A stretch of DNA of 51,038 nucleotides, the filler included, from Trypethelium eluteriae (taxonomy: Eukaryota): assembly GCA_051942245.1 (NCBI GenBank). It is 2 parts of 2 records of this genome, joined end to end, with 100 filler letters (N's around TTAATTAATTAA, not from the genome) between each part and the next. Parts side by side here need not be neighbours in the genome. Positions count along the whole stretch, not along the records: positions 25,579 to 51,038 come from JAVECL010000373.1; 1 more part is not named here. One strand, given 5' to 3'. This document shows positions 49,700 through 51,038 of this stretch, one piece after another; the first letter of the stretch is position 1, and each line of letters begins with the position of its first letter. The translations under genes and the position numbers were made by a program. The notes under the pieces were generated by a model. It searched no databases and had not been told where the DNA came from. It saw only the letters and a program-made list of their open reading frames with translations.

Positions 49700-50195
49700 G
49701 TACGAGGAGATGGATTCACCCTCTACACGATTCATACGACAATCGGTTGGGATTGACAGGTAACAGACGATGACCTGATGGGATATCCCATGCTTTCCCG
49801 TGTGCTTTAGGACCATAACAGGCCTACTGATTCCTTCCTGCCTCCGCCCTAGAGATAAAATACTAACACTGTTTGCAAGGCCTGTGGAGTTCTTGCAGCA
49901 ACGTTCTTTGATAGCACTCCTGCTAAAGCATAACCAAACATTTGCATTTTCCGGTCATAACGTCGCGACTGGAACTCTGAGGGCAATAGTCATGACCGCA
50001 GGCTAGAGTTCTGAGGTCAATCTATTCCGTTTATCACTTACACCTGCACCGGTCCTCATGTCAAATATGAGCATGGATATTCGATACAATCATGCTCTTC
50101 AAGAGAGTTAAGTGCCAGTCCATTTGGCTTGGATAGATCTGCCACACTCAGAACAGTCTCGTCTCACTGGATATCTTCACACTACCATTAGTTTT

Positions 50196-51038
50196 CTACC
50201 ATCGGAACTCCTGCCCTACAAGCTTCTCCGTAAGTTCCCACAGCCTCTCAGCCTCCTCTTTATCTGTGGCGTATTGTTGCACTGCGTCTTTGCTTGGATC
50301 TGCTACTCTCGCGTCGAGAACATATGCACCGTTGCACCCTATGTCGTAACATCAATCATTGTTACCTACCTTGGATCCCTTCTTGAATCTTCGGGTCTTA
50401 GTCTTACTGGTGACATACCTTTCAGAGTTGGGTCAAAAGCTGCGTGAGCGTATGTAGCGATGCCGATGGCCGGCTCAACGTAATGGAATGGTTCCCATGG
50501 AACAGTATTACCGTTCTCCTTGTCTACAGTCTCTGTTTCAGACGATGTCAGCTTCAAATTAGGTGCGTAGTGGATTCAGGGTCGAGTCGAGCTTGGAGTA
50601 ATACAATGAACAACTTGCCTATTGCTTTACTCTCGATATTCCAATCGATATGACTTTCAATATTCGTGGCAATCACACCCAGATGCAAGCTGACCGCTAC
50701 CAGTCCTTTTCCTCCCAACTTCTCTGCTAAACTCACCGCTGTAAGTATATTCGCCGTCTTCGACTGCCCATATGCGCGCCACTTATCGTAAGTCGCACCA
50801 TCCTATATCCTCGTCAGCCACAAAATCGACACATCTCCAATCTTCAACCAAATCCCTTCTATTCTCCCTAGTAAAAGAAAAAAAGAGGGACAACCTCCCG
50901 AAACTTACCCCAAACCCTCAATCCCCGAACCTGATCCTCTCCAACCGATGCCCATGACTCACCATCCCCACGCGCGGCTCCCTCGTCGCCAACACCTTCC
51001 CCAGCACCAGATTCGTAAACAGTCACGGCCCCACATGG
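50196..51038 (-). pseudogene. Short-chain dehydrogenase/reductase (WWOX/RDH-like), 3' part, with premature stops
   Basis: HVGP*LFTNL, GHRLERIRFGD*GF, AYGQSKTAN, SLHLGVIATN and AERLWELTEKLVG; TGA at 51023-51025 and 50918-50920; the gene runs off the window end. Confidence 0.8.

Noticed and set aside
50918..51025. TGA read as Trp (alternative genetic code)
   Set aside because: Intact neighbouring genes use TGA as a normal stop and TGG for Trp

Overview
This is intron-containing genomic DNA from a filamentous ascomycete (Pezizomycotina), with short GT-AG introns carrying CTRAC branch sites. There is one scaffold gap with an artificial TTAATTAATTAA linker (~25479-25578). The first ~8.7 kb looks accessory: a TA-flanked foldback MITE, minisatellite and hairpin relics, a WW-domain pseudogene, and a degenerate ~55-60 bp repeat array upstream of a stop-interrupted Crinkler-like P-loop NTPase gene. 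Next come VMA22 and a compact candidate peroxisomal catabolic cluster: acyl-CoA oxidase, an atypical crotonase and an acyl-CoA ligase (all ending in PTS1-type tripeptides) plus an MFS acid transporter, with a FarA/B-type CCTCGG site in each divergent promoter. These are followed by an OPT transporter, RAV2, SUR7, MET1 (cut by the gap), a long coiled-coil protein, NTH1, ADE3, a RhoGEF, RTC3, an F-box-like protein, yippee/MOH1, a RING-like gene and an SDR pseudogene. The most striking item is the coiled-coil protein. Once spliced it shows a CC1-box, an HBS1-like motif and a Spindly-like motif in the order and spacing of metazoan BICDR/Spindly dynein-activating adaptors. All calls come from reading the sequence and recalled family motifs; no database search was run.
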